Assembly: GCA_012798115.1 (NCBI GenBank)
Contig: JAAZNV010000009.1
Span: 10,156-74,155, forward strand
From: a candidate division WWE3 bacterium
GTDB lineage: Bacteria > Patescibacteriota > WWE3 > UBA101185 > UBA10185
DNA: 64,000 nucleotides
Direction: 5' to 3'
Position 1 is the stretch's first letter, and each line of letters starts with the position of its first letter. The translations under genes and the position numbers were made by a program. A model generated the notes under the pieces. It was not told the DNA's origin. It searched no databases and saw only the letters and a list, made by a program, of their open reading frames with translations. Shown here piece after piece: positions 1-8,880 of the stretch.

Positions 1-1323
1 TTAGACGGGGATGGAAACATTGTTTCAGGAGGGAGCTCGGATACACATGAGTGTATGGAAGAAACTTATGAGGATGATATAGAAAATGCCAGGGAAAAAG
101 CTGAAGAAGAAGGAATACCATCATGTCCAACGGATGCACTTGCTTACGCATACCCACATACTACACGTGAAATATCATTAACAATCAATACTCCAGCTTG
201 CACTGTCTCTGCAGCAGGACCTTTTGTATGTAATGGGGATTTACAAAAAATATCAACGTTAAAATCAACACAGGAAGTTTTAAGAGCCAATAATGATGCT
301 GTAGCAGTTGATGACATAGCTATAGCAGACAATGAATTAAGAATGAGCCTTCAATCTCCACAAGAAGATATATATCATGAAGCCTTTACAGCAGTATCAC
401 ATGGAATATATTCAGCAGACAGTTCTATCAAACCAGCTGATACATCTAGAAATATATCAACAGGAAAAGATTCATATGGACTAGGAGCATCTAATGTAAA
501 TTCTGGATACATTAGAAGTTTATTTGCAGCACCTGCTGCAAAATCTTCTACTGTAACTTATAACCCTTATTCTATTCATTGTAAAAATACAGAATTATTA
601 GGAGCAGGAGGATGGGATTGTGAGACACAAGCAATGCCGGAGCCAGAAATCGCAGACATAGAAGCCTTGAATATAGATCAAAGTTGTGCGTTAAATATGT
701 CAAAAAAGTGCAAGGAGCTAATTTTTGCTCGTACTATTGCAAGTTCTTCAGCAAGTTCTGGTCTTGACATACCTCCTAACAGTATGGAATTTTCTGATAC
801 GTTCTACAGAATTATAAGTGCAGCTGGAACAAGGTTTAATGTACCAGCATCAGTCATTTTGACCTACATGGCCGGTATTGGAAAGCTTAATGAATATGAA
901 TATTATTGGAGTGAAGCTGGAGAAAAGAAATTATTGTTGGCTAGTGCGCCATGGTATGGAACTTTTCCTAGATGTGATGATACTGCCATTGGAGCAGTTG
1001 GATCATATGATTGGTTATTGTTTTGGTTCAATTTTTCAATCAAAAATATTGCTGTAGCACCAGTTGCTTTAGATGAAATAGCTGAAAACAGATCAACAAC
1101 AGCAAGTAGATGTAACTTTATGGACTCTACATATATTACTGCAGCAGCCCTCTACAACGAAGGTCCAAGAACTGGTTGTAGCGGTTGGACAATGGAAAAC
1201 AGTGCTAGAACTTTAAAGGCATTAACATTTGGGCAAGATTCAATAGGAACATCCTACTCCAGAGATACTAGATACTTTGGATGGCAAAATCTAAGAGATA
1301 TATTTACTTACTGCAAATATTGA
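1..1323 (+). CDS. Secreted Cys-rich protein with C-terminal lysozyme/SLT-like domain (5' truncated by window edge)
   Basis: Frame is open from base 1, so ATG55 is probably internal. The C-terminal 'IISAAGTRFNVPASVIL' resembles the start of SLT-fold domains. Many Cys residues. Confidence 0.5.
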   Translation, partial: LDGDGNIVSGGSSDTHECMEETYEDDIENAREKAEEEGIPSCPTDALAYAYPHTTREISLTINTPACTVSAAGPFVCNGDLQKISTLKSTQEVLRANNDAVAVDDIAIADNELRMSLQSPQEDIYHEAFTAVSHGIYSADSSIKPADTSRNISTGKDSYGLGASNVNSGYIRSLFAAPAAKSSTVTYNPYSIHCKNTELLGAGGWDCETQAMPEPEIADIEALNIDQSCALNMSKKCKELIFARTIASSSASSGLDIPPNSMEFSDTFYRIISAAGTRFNVPASVILTYMAGIGKLNEYEYYWSEAGEKKLLLASAPWYGTFPRCDDTAIGAVGSYDWLLFWFNFSIKNIAVAPVALDEIAENRSTTASRCNFMDSTYITAAALYNEGPRTGCSGWTMENSARTLKALTFGQDSIGTSYSRDTRYFGWQNLRDIFTYCKY

Positions 1324-1347
1324 CTATTCCTAAAACAGATTTGATGG

Positions 1348-2703
1348 TTATTTCTTTTTCTTATCTTCTCCAAAGAAACCAGCCACTGTTTTATCTATGC
1401 TTAAAGCAGTAATAAAACCATAAACCACAACTCCAAGAGGAACTATAATCCTCATAATGTTCCCCCAACCAGAGGTTTCTGCATTAGCTTCAGCATATGC
1501 TCTCAATGTTGTAAAACCAAGAAGAACAATTACAGGTATTGTAAATCCCATTGCTGCTATTGATAATCCATGTTTAGCCATTCGTTTAAACCAGTCTGTC
1601 ATTCGAGCTTCACTCCCTGGTACCGTCCCAATTGCCATCTCAAAAGGAGCTGTTATAACTGCAAGGACCATTTTTAAATATATAAAACTAGCTTTTATGT
1701 TAACCACAAACCACAGAACAGCACATAAGATAGATATAACAATAGTCATAAGCAAAACACCATAACCCATACCAAAACGCATTTGTGCTACTTGAATAGC
1801 AGCAAATACTTCACCTGCTGAATGAACACCACCTCCCCAACCAAGCATACCAGGAACAAAACTCATAACTATCGAATAGCCACCTCTAAAAATACCCCAT
1901 GCAATTGCAACAATTGCAGCACCAATTGGATAGCTAAAAATAATAAGCAACAAACCTATGGCTATTTTAGGAATGGCATACTGTACACTAACAACTAATT
2001 GTTGGTTTACTTTCTTTCTCATAATTATTAGTATCCCAGTATAAAGAAGCACAATAGATATAATTCCTAGAGACACATTTCTACATAATTTCCATATTTC
2101 AAAAGCAGCTGATAGCAAAGGCATATTGTATCTTTCAACGGAAACAGGAGCTGCCCATGCTTTATTTACAAATGGGACCTTAGCTATAGACTTATTCCAG
2201 AAATACGCCAAGTTAAGCACTAATGGTTCTTTTCTATTAAAATCTTCAAGTGAATATGCAAGACCTAAAATACTGCCCCTAACTGATTTGGAAATATTAG
2301 ACTCGTTAGCAATATTTGTTCCACCACCAACTTTTACATTATTAACTATAATTCTGCATTCATCATCAGTGCGAGCACCACAAGCCTCGACGCCCTCAGG
2401 AAGAAAATCACTTGGGTACGCAAAACTTCTTGCTAAGTAAGATTCGCAACCAATCATATCAGTCAATGTAACCCCATTAATATTAGCGTACATGGATACA
2501 AATACTGAAGTGATCATATTACCAACAATTCTTCTAATATCTAAATCCCACCAATGGTCTGCTTGTTTATATATCAAATACTCAGGATCGCAGCTACTAT
2601 CTCCACCTTCTTCTTCAGCCAAAGCAGCTTTAGGAAAAATAAACAACGATGCTATAAAGAAAATCATCAAAGAAACAATTATTTTAGTCTTAAAATTTTT
2701 CAT
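1348..2703 (-). CDS. VirB6/TrbL-like polytopic membrane protein (CPR T4SS-like)
   Basis: Signal peptide ending ALA, an extracellular domain, then about 6-7 TM helices including 'LAVITAPFEMAIGTVPG...WFK', a VirB6-like pattern. Next to pilins. Confidence 0.6.
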   Translation of the reverse strand: MKNFKTKIIVSLMIFFIASLFIFPKAALAEEEGGDSSCDPEYLIYKQADHWWDLDIRRIVGNMITSVFVSMYANINGVTLTDMIGCESYLARSFAYPSDFLPEGVEACGARTDDECRIIVNNVKVGGGTNIANESNISKSVRGSILGLAYSLEDFNRKEPLVLNLAYFWNKSIAKVPFVNKAWAAPVSVERYNMPLLSAAFEIWKLCRNVSLGIISIVLLYTGILIIMRKKVNQQLVVSVQYAIPKIAIGLLLIIFSYPIGAAIVAIAWGIFRGGYSIVMSFVPGMLGWGGGVHSAGEVFAAIQVAQMRFGMGYGVLLMTIVISILCAVLWFVVNIKASFIYLKMVLAVITAPFEMAIGTVPGSEARMTDWFKRMAKHGLSIAAMGFTIPVIVLLGFTTLRAYAEANAETSGWGNIMRIIVPLGVVVYGFITALSIDKTVAGFFGEDKKKK

Positions 2704-2768
2704 AATTTATAATGATCTAAATATATTATATGCGTAAATCATTTTCAATTATAGAATAATATATACAT

Positions 2769-5700
2769 ATGGCAAATAACCCTCTTTATCCTGGATATCA
2801 ACCAGGAAAGAAAAACGATGAAAATATTAATCCGTTATATCCTGGCTATTATGCAGGTCAACCTTTGCAAAGGAGACCATCTCCTAAGAATTACTTAAGA
2901 CCAATTGAATATGAAGGGGATAAAATTGCACAAGCACTTGATGAAACAGAGCAAGGGGTTCTAAAAACCATGAATGTACCAAAGTGGATAATAGAAAGAG
3001 TAGCTGATGATTGGAAGAGCAAGTACAAAATATCAATTAAGCCACCGGATATAGAAACTACAGAATTAGATGATTATGCAACCGAAGATTTTCCAGGTGC
3101 TGTTACCACATTAAATGTAGATCCTGGAAGCTGGAAAAAAGATGCAAAGAAAGAAGCTGTAAAGACAATAAAATCATGGGTTAAAGAATCCACTGGATTT
3201 GATACAGATAACCCTCTTAAAACTGATTTTTCTGATATAGAAAACAAGGTGAATCATGAGTTGTGGATTAGAGCATTAGGTTATGGAAAACCAGATACTT
3301 GGCTTGAGGAAAAGACAAGTATGGGAGTAGCAAAAAGGGTAGCTGCCCCATTTCCAAACTTAAGTGAGAATCTACAAAAAGGAGAAAATCCTTTAAACGT
3401 TAGAGACGTGGCTGTATGGTACGTAGATGATAATGGAAACAAAGTAGTAAAAAAAGATATCTATCATAATACAGCAGCTGCTGCTGCAGAGTTTGCAGAG
3501 CAAAGCAGCAATCCTAAAGTTAGAGATAAGCTTCACTCTCAATTTATAGCAAATGCTATAAGCGCTACAAATACAGAAATTCAAGCTAAGTTTAGAAATC
3601 CTGGAATAAAAGATAGATCTTTTTTGGATAAGTATGAAGGAGATGTAAAACTTTTTGACATAAAAACTCAAACTATAGACGACATTCGTAACCTACAAGA
3701 AAAAACCTTAAAAGGAACTACAAAAGAAATAAAGAAATCAATATTAAAAGGGGCTAAAAGAGATTCTTATGCATCAACTTGGGAAGAACTAGAGATTGCA
3801 TTAAATAAAGCAAGCAATAATCAAAAGACTAGAATGAAGAATGCAGAAACTCTTTTATCTCAAGGAAAGATCTCAAAAGAAGCTTTTGATAAGCTACAAA
3901 AGAGTGTAAATGACTATAACAGTTTCTTAGATAATGCGTTAGACAAAGTTACAGGAGCTAAAGATGGAAAACTTTCACCAACTATAGTTTTACACTCGCT
4001 AACTGGGGTTGGAGAAAAAAGTCTTGTAGAAGAAAATCTTTTCACAAAAAGTATAGTAGGAAAACTACAAAAGGATGCTGAGTACAGTATGATAAGTACC
4101 AAACCAGGTGAGATTGGAAGAATGTTACGTGATGATAACTTGAAGGCTCAAGGAATGAGTTTTAGCGCAGAAAAGATAAGTGCTGTTGCATATAGACTAA
4201 GAAGAGAAAAGATAGGACAACAAACCACTGAATTTTTAGAAGCAGTAAACGACCCTAAAAAGGCATTAGAAAGATATGCATGGAACAGGGTAACAAGCAG
4301 AATGTCTCCAAGATTAGCTGCATTTACTACTGGTGAGTACATTGAAAACAGATTAAAAAAGAGAAACTACTTTGGACTAAAAGTTGATGAAAGTGGAATA
4401 CCAAGTACCCTTAGCGGTTCAAAAAGGGCTGTAAGAAAATTTGAAAGATTCGAGAGAAAGTATGGATACAAAGTGGATATTAAGTTAGAGAAGAAATATT
4501 TTGGTGTCGGGAAATTAACCGTTAGAGGAGGGGACCAGTTTAAGATTTTAAACAACAAGCTACTTAAAGGACTTGATTCTGAAATCGATAAAGAATTTTT
4601 ATTGCATACCCTTGGAGATGGGAAAGTTACAGCAGATATGTTATCTAAAAAGTTTTTTGGTAAAACTTTTAAAGATTTAACTGGAGGAGAGAAAAAAGAA
4701 ATAGCTGCATTTGCAAGAGAATCCAGAGCTTATAGAGAATGGGTTAATAGCTTATCAGATAAATTTGGCGATAAAACAAAGCAAGGACTTTTTGGGTATG
4801 AATTATTCAAGAGAGTAAAAGGCAAGAATGATGAACTACCAAATGGGTATAGTCTTACAAGAAAATACGCTGGAAGGTTAGAAAAAGTTCACAAGAAGAT
4901 GTTAGAGGCAAAAGCTAAGTTTGAAAAGAGTGCTATTGGTAAGTTAATAAAAATAGCCAGCAACTGGAGAGAGATGGCAGCAGAGAAGATTGCTGAGTTG
5001 GTCTCTAAGTTAGTAGCTAAGTTAATAGGAGCTGTTGCAGGCTCAACTGGAATATTTGCAGTACTTGGACCAATAATAGAAAAGGCTGTTAATTTTGTGG
5101 TCAAAGAGGTTGTGAAGAGAGTAACAGATTTCTTCAGTGCTGTTGTAAAAGGGGATATAGACAAAGCATTTGAGGTTCTTGAGGAAGCTGCTAAGAAGTT
5201 TGCACTTGGGTGTTCACTAATATTTGCTCCATTTTTTGCTGCCATAATAAGTATTGTATTGCTGTTAGGTTCCATACTAGGTGGATCTGAATCTCCAATT
5301 GATAGAACTGCCGACTCGACATTAATAAAAAGTCAGACAGAGTTTGTCTCAGGAGAAAATGCAGTCGTTAAAATAACAAAGGGTGCAACTGTAAAGGTAC
5401 TAGGAACTGGAGAAACAATTACTAATCCAAACCATTTTGAAAACAGTGTTTTAAGAAGCGGCCTGCAAGTAACATACAAAGTGCATGTAACTCCAAAGAT
5501 TACTTTACCAAACGGATCAGTATTTTTTATAGATGAAGTGTTGGCAAGAAATGAAATGGATTCATGGAGTGTTAAAAACTACGGTACAACAATGGTAAAC
5601 CCGTTTATAGCAGGAAATACAATAACATACGATCTTACGCCACCTATCATTATAAAAGGTGATAAGTTTAAAGATTCTGTAGTAGCCAATACTGCCACAG

Positions 5701-6362
5701 CATACACTCCAGAGGTTGAAGATGTGGCAGAGGCTGAATCAGTAAGTGCAGTTAGAAGCTTTTCTATAGGAGATGCAATGTCGGATGTTCAAGGGTGTGA
5801 AGGGTATGACGTAGGAATATTGCCAGCTAGAGACCCCAATGCTAATAGAGTAGCCCAAAGAGCTTACGACATAGCATCTGGACTAGAAAGAGGTTTCTGG
5901 TGTGATTTTAACCAAAGCCATGACTACCCGCAGTTATGGGATAGTGGGTGGTGGGCACAGTATGGGGCATGGGGGTTAGATGTTGAAAAAGCTAGCACGG
6001 AAGGCGCTTATAAGCTATTTTGGTGTACATGGTTAGTCATAAAATCATATCAAGAAACCACAGATGAAAACTTTCCTGTTGCTACATACGTTCCAAATAT
6101 GAAAAAGTTCTTTGAAGAAAATACAGCAAAAGGATATTCGTATACACCTAGAGATGCAATAACAATAGATGAGATTCAGTCAGGAGATGTATTGTTCTTT
6201 AAAGGCCACGTGGCAATAATATACTCAAAGACATCTGATAGTGTTACTACTGTTGAGTCTAACAATATAAAACTCTCAGTTCCAATAACAACTGCTGAAG
6301 ATGGCCACCTGCCAGGAAGTCTTGGCAGATTAGAAATTATCGGTATTGGTCATAAAAGATAA
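2769..6362 (+). CDS. 1197-aa helical membrane protein with C-terminal CHAP/NlpC-P60-like amidase domain
   Basis: Long charged helical region, hydrophobic segments at about aa 750-840, then 'FWCTWLV...GDVLFFKGHVAII...VESN' (Cys/His/Glu-Asn CHAP pattern). Confidence 0.7.
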   Translation: MANNPLYPGYQPGKKNDENINPLYPGYYAGQPLQRRPSPKNYLRPIEYEGDKIAQALDETEQGVLKTMNVPKWIIERVADDWKSKYKISIKPPDIETTELDDYATEDFPGAVTTLNVDPGSWKKDAKKEAVKTIKSWVKESTGFDTDNPLKTDFSDIENKVNHELWIRALGYGKPDTWLEEKTSMGVAKRVAAPFPNLSENLQKGENPLNVRDVAVWYVDDNGNKVVKKDIYHNTAAAAAEFAEQSSNPKVRDKLHSQFIANAISATNTEIQAKFRNPGIKDRSFLDKYEGDVKLFDIKTQTIDDIRNLQEKTLKGTTKEIKKSILKGAKRDSYASTWEELEIALNKASNNQKTRMKNAETLLSQGKISKEAFDKLQKSVNDYNSFLDNALDKVTGAKDGKLSPTIVLHSLTGVGEKSLVEENLFTKSIVGKLQKDAEYSMISTKPGEIGRMLRDDNLKAQGMSFSAEKISAVAYRLRREKIGQQTTEFLEAVNDPKKALERYAWNRVTSRMSPRLAAFTTGEYIENRLKKRNYFGLKVDESGIPSTLSGSKRAVRKFERFERKYGYKVDIKLEKKYFGVGKLTVRGGDQFKILNNKLLKGLDSEIDKEFLLHTLGDGKVTADMLSKKFFGKTFKDLTGGEKKEIAAFARESRAYREWVNSLSDKFGDKTKQGLFGYELFKRVKGKNDELPNGYSLTRKYAGRLEKVHKKMLEAKAKFEKSAIGKLIKIASNWREMAAEKIAELVSKLVAKLIGAVAGSTGIFAVLGPIIEKAVNFVVKEVVKRVTDFFSAVVKGDIDKAFEVLEEAAKKFALGCSLIFAPFFAAIISIVLLLGSILGGSESPIDRTADSTLIKSQTEFVSGENAVVKITKGATVKVLGTGETITNPNHFENSVLRSGLQVTYKVHVTPKITLPNGSVFFIDEVLARNEMDSWSVKNYGTTMVNPFIAGNTITYDLTPPIIIKGDKFKDSVVANTATAYTPEVEDVAEAESVSAVRSFSIGDAMSDVQGCEGYDVGILPARDPNANRVAQRAYDIASGLERGFWCDFNQSHDYPQLWDSGWWAQYGAWGLDVEKASTEGAYKLFWCTWLVIKSYQETTDENFPVATYVPNMKKFFEENTAKGYSYTPRDAITIDEIQSGDVLFFKGHVAIIYSKTSDSVTTVESNNIKLSVPITTAEDGHLPGSLGRLEIIGIGHKR

Positions 6363-6388
6363 GATGATGGTATTATAGAAATATATTT

Positions 6389-6841
6389 ATGCGAATATTT
6401 AAGGAAAACAAGATAATACTCATAGCCTTAGTTTTACTAGTAACTGTCCTCTTGCTTTTTACCCTTAAGAAAGATACTAAGAACACAGATTTAAGTAGTT
6501 ATAAGAAAACTACTAGCGAACAAAAAAAAGGACAAGCAGCAACTGACACAAGTACAGAGAACAGTCTTCCAAATGATTACGAACATGCAGAAGCTATAAA
6601 AGAACTTCTCAAAGAATATCCGTGGTACTCAAAATTACCAATAGACAATAATGAATATACAATAGTATGGGATCTTGATATAGAGAAATTTAGAATACGA
6701 TTAAAGATACCTGAAACAAGTCCTCAAGAATCAAAGGATTCTTTGATTGCAAAAGCAGTAGAAGATATAAAAACACTAACTGGAGAAGATTTTCAAAAGT
6801 ACACCTATTACGTACTATACCCAAGGACAACACAAGATTAA
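6389..6841 (+). CDS. Membrane-anchored hypothetical protein
   Basis: N-terminal TM helix; 150-aa ORF directly after the CHAP gene. Confidence 0.7.
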   Translation: MRIFKENKIILIALVLLVTVLLLFTLKKDTKNTDLSSYKKTTSEQKKGQAATDTSTENSLPNDYEHAEAIKELLKEYPWYSKLPIDNNEYTIVWDLDIEKFRIRLKIPETSPQESKDSLIAKAVEDIKTLTGEDFQKYTYYVLYPRTTQD

Positions 6842-6848
6842 TACAGAG

Positions 6849-7307
6849 TTAATAAGGGGAGTCAGGAACATCTAACAAATCATTTAATGCACCAAAAATA
6901 TTGCCTAAGACAGACGATGGTGACGTTATGCTGGTTATTCCAAATATTTTAGCAACTATTATAAATATTGAAAAAAACAAAACTATCACAAAAAAACCAT
7001 AAACTGCGTATGTCCATGTCTGTTGAGCACCTTCAAGTCCCCTAGGATCCCCTGTAGCCAAAGAAGCTTTAATAACCCCGTAAGCTATTAAAGCAACTAG
7101 TACACCACCAGAAGCATAAACAAGCGTATTAAATATTCTTCCAATTATGCCGTTTATCTGATCAAGAGATGGATTGTTATCCAAATCTGCAGCAAATACC
7201 TTTAAGATAAACAATTCAGCTGTAAATAAAAATATCATTAAGCTAGGAAGTAAGGAAGATACTTTTCCATGTATAACAATTGGGCTTAATTTTTTGTCTT
7301 TTTTCAT
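6849..7307 (-). CDS. VirB2/TrbC-type pilin-like protein
   Basis: Start moved to MKKDKK (7307) to avoid overlap with the upstream pilin. Signal ending 'KVFAA', then two TM helices joined by 'TGDPRGLEGAQQTWTYAVYG'. Confidence 0.75.
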   Translation of the reverse strand: MKKDKKLSPIVIHGKVSSLLPSLMIFLFTAELFILKVFAADLDNNPSLDQINGIIGRIFNTLVYASGGVLVALIAYGVIKASLATGDPRGLEGAQQTWTYAVYGFFVIVLFFSIFIIVAKIFGITSITSPSSVLGNIFGALNDLLDVPDSPY

Positions 7308-7312
7308 ATCTG

Positions 7313-7618
7313 TTATATACCATTTGCTCCAATTAACTTCACAAGAATATCCTTTAATGCAAATGCAATCAAGACGACCACAAGACCTATGACAGACCAT
7401 GTAGCAGAACTTTGAGCTTTTTTTAAGAGCTTTTCATCTCCACGGCTCATAGCAAACTGTACGAAAGCAAACGCTAAAGTAACTACAGTTATACCCACAG
7501 CTATGATAATGGCAACATTAGCAGCCAATATTACCATAGACTGAGCGTTGCCAAACCTACTTGCAGCCTTATCACCAGATGCAAAGCTTCTTACAGCTGT
7601 TTCTAATGGTTCAAACAT
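7313..7618 (-). CDS. VirB2/TrbC-type pilin-like protein
   Basis: Two TM helices joined by 'SRGDEKLLKKAQSSATWSVIG'. Confidence 0.8.
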   Translation of the reverse strand: MFEPLETAVRSFASGDKAASRFGNAQSMVILAANVAIIIAVGITVVTLAFAFVQFAMSRGDEKLLKKAQSSATWSVIGLVVVLIAFALKDILVKLIGANGI

Positions 7619-7644
7619 GTCATTAACCTATTAAATAAATAAAG

Positions 7645-7986
7645 CTAGTCGTTACCACCCAACAGATCGTCTTTTTGCCCCACAAGATTAAGTATTACAC
7701 CCTTAATAGCATAGACAAGGAACAAACCAACTCCGCCAATAACTGCATAAGTAACCCATTTCTGTGCTTGTTCCGTTGCAACCTTATCACCTTGTGATGT
7801 AATAAATCTAATAAATCCCATTGCAAGGAATACCACTACTAATGCTAGTCCAAGAATTATGACTAAGTTTGTGATCCACACAAAAACACTATTCAAATCA
7901 GTAAGTCTACCTCCTAAAGGATTGATAGGCTCTGTAGGAATATCAGTTGACGCAGCAAACACTTTTGTAACAAGTAAATCAAACAT
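7645..7986 (-). CDS. VirB2/TrbC-type pilin (likely major subunit)
   Basis: 'GFIRFITSQGDKVATEQAQKWVTYAVIG' motif; strong SD (AAGGAGGTG) upstream, unlike its neighbours. Confidence 0.8.
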   Translation of the reverse strand: MFDLLVTKVFAASTDIPTEPINPLGGRLTDLNSVFVWITNLVIILGLALVVVFLAMGFIRFITSQGDKVATEQAQKWVTYAVIGGVGLFLVYAIKGVILNLVGQKDDLLGGND

Positions 7987-8017
7987 TTTATTACACCTCC
8001 TTAAATTTAATTAAACC

Positions 8018-8815
8018 TTAAATACTAATATTTCCTCCAATAAGTGAGTTGATTATAACTCTCAATATTGCAGCTGACAACAAAACAAAAATTATACCAA
8101 TAATAGCAGCAGTAAGTTGTCCTTGAGCATCTTGTGTTTTTTTAGGATCTCCTTCACTAGTCATTAGCATATAACCAGATATAACAACATAGCAAAAGCC
8201 AATAAAAAGTGCACCATAATATAATATCCTTGCAACAGGTGATATTAATTCTTGCCAGTTGGTGATCTTTGGACCTTTATATGAATCATTCAGAGATGGA
8301 CCACAAGTATTTATATTACATGTCATACCTGTACAACAATCAGATGGCTTTTCACATGGTTCTCCATATTTAGCACAAAAGAGATCTACAATTTCCTTTT
8401 TACAGCAAACTTCATTACTACCACAATTTCCTATAGCAATCTCCTTACACTTACCAGTTGGAACACATTTATGGGTACATTCTGTAATTAAAGCCCAACA
8501 TTTATCTGCTGTGTTACTACAAGAATAGCTAACCTGTTTGTAAAGGCTACCTGGGCTAGTGGGTGAACAGGTATAGCCTTTATCTGTACACTCATTTCCT
8601 GTTGGCTTCACCTTGCAACAAACGTTATTCATAGAACACGCACCTAAAAGGATGTGCGTAGTAGGGCAAGTAACAGCACTATAACATGTTCCACCTTCAT
8701 CTTTACACTCCTGCGGAGTTGTTACTGATGCACCATAAGACTTAGTTGAGGACAGAAAAATTATGAACCCTAAGAGAAATGAAAATGTAAGACACTTTGA
8801 AAATCTAGTTTTCAT
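8018..8815 (-). CDS. Pilin-like protein with N-terminal Cys-rich modules
   Basis: Signal peptide, 22 Cys in four modules (aa 37-171), then the pilin hairpin 'GYMLMTSEGDPKKTQDAQGQLTAAIIG'. Confidence 0.8.
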   Translation of the reverse strand: MKTRFSKCLTFSFLLGFIIFLSSTKSYGASVTTPQECKDEGGTCYSAVTCPTTHILLGACSMNNVCCKVKPTGNECTDKGYTCSPTSPGSLYKQVSYSCSNTADKCWALITECTHKCVPTGKCKEIAIGNCGSNEVCCKKEIVDLFCAKYGEPCEKPSDCCTGMTCNINTCGPSLNDSYKGPKITNWQELISPVARILYYGALFIGFCYVVISGYMLMTSEGDPKKTQDAQGQLTAAIIGIIFVLLSAAILRVIINSLIGGNISI

Positions 8816-8880
8816 AATTAAATATTAACATAATAAAATTAGAGAAATATACATATATTTAACTGATATAATCTTCATAT

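Noticed and set aside
7308-7400. Cys-rich N-terminal extension of ORF 6849-7400
   Set aside because: Overlaps the upstream pilin gene; ATG7307 gives a normal signal peptide.
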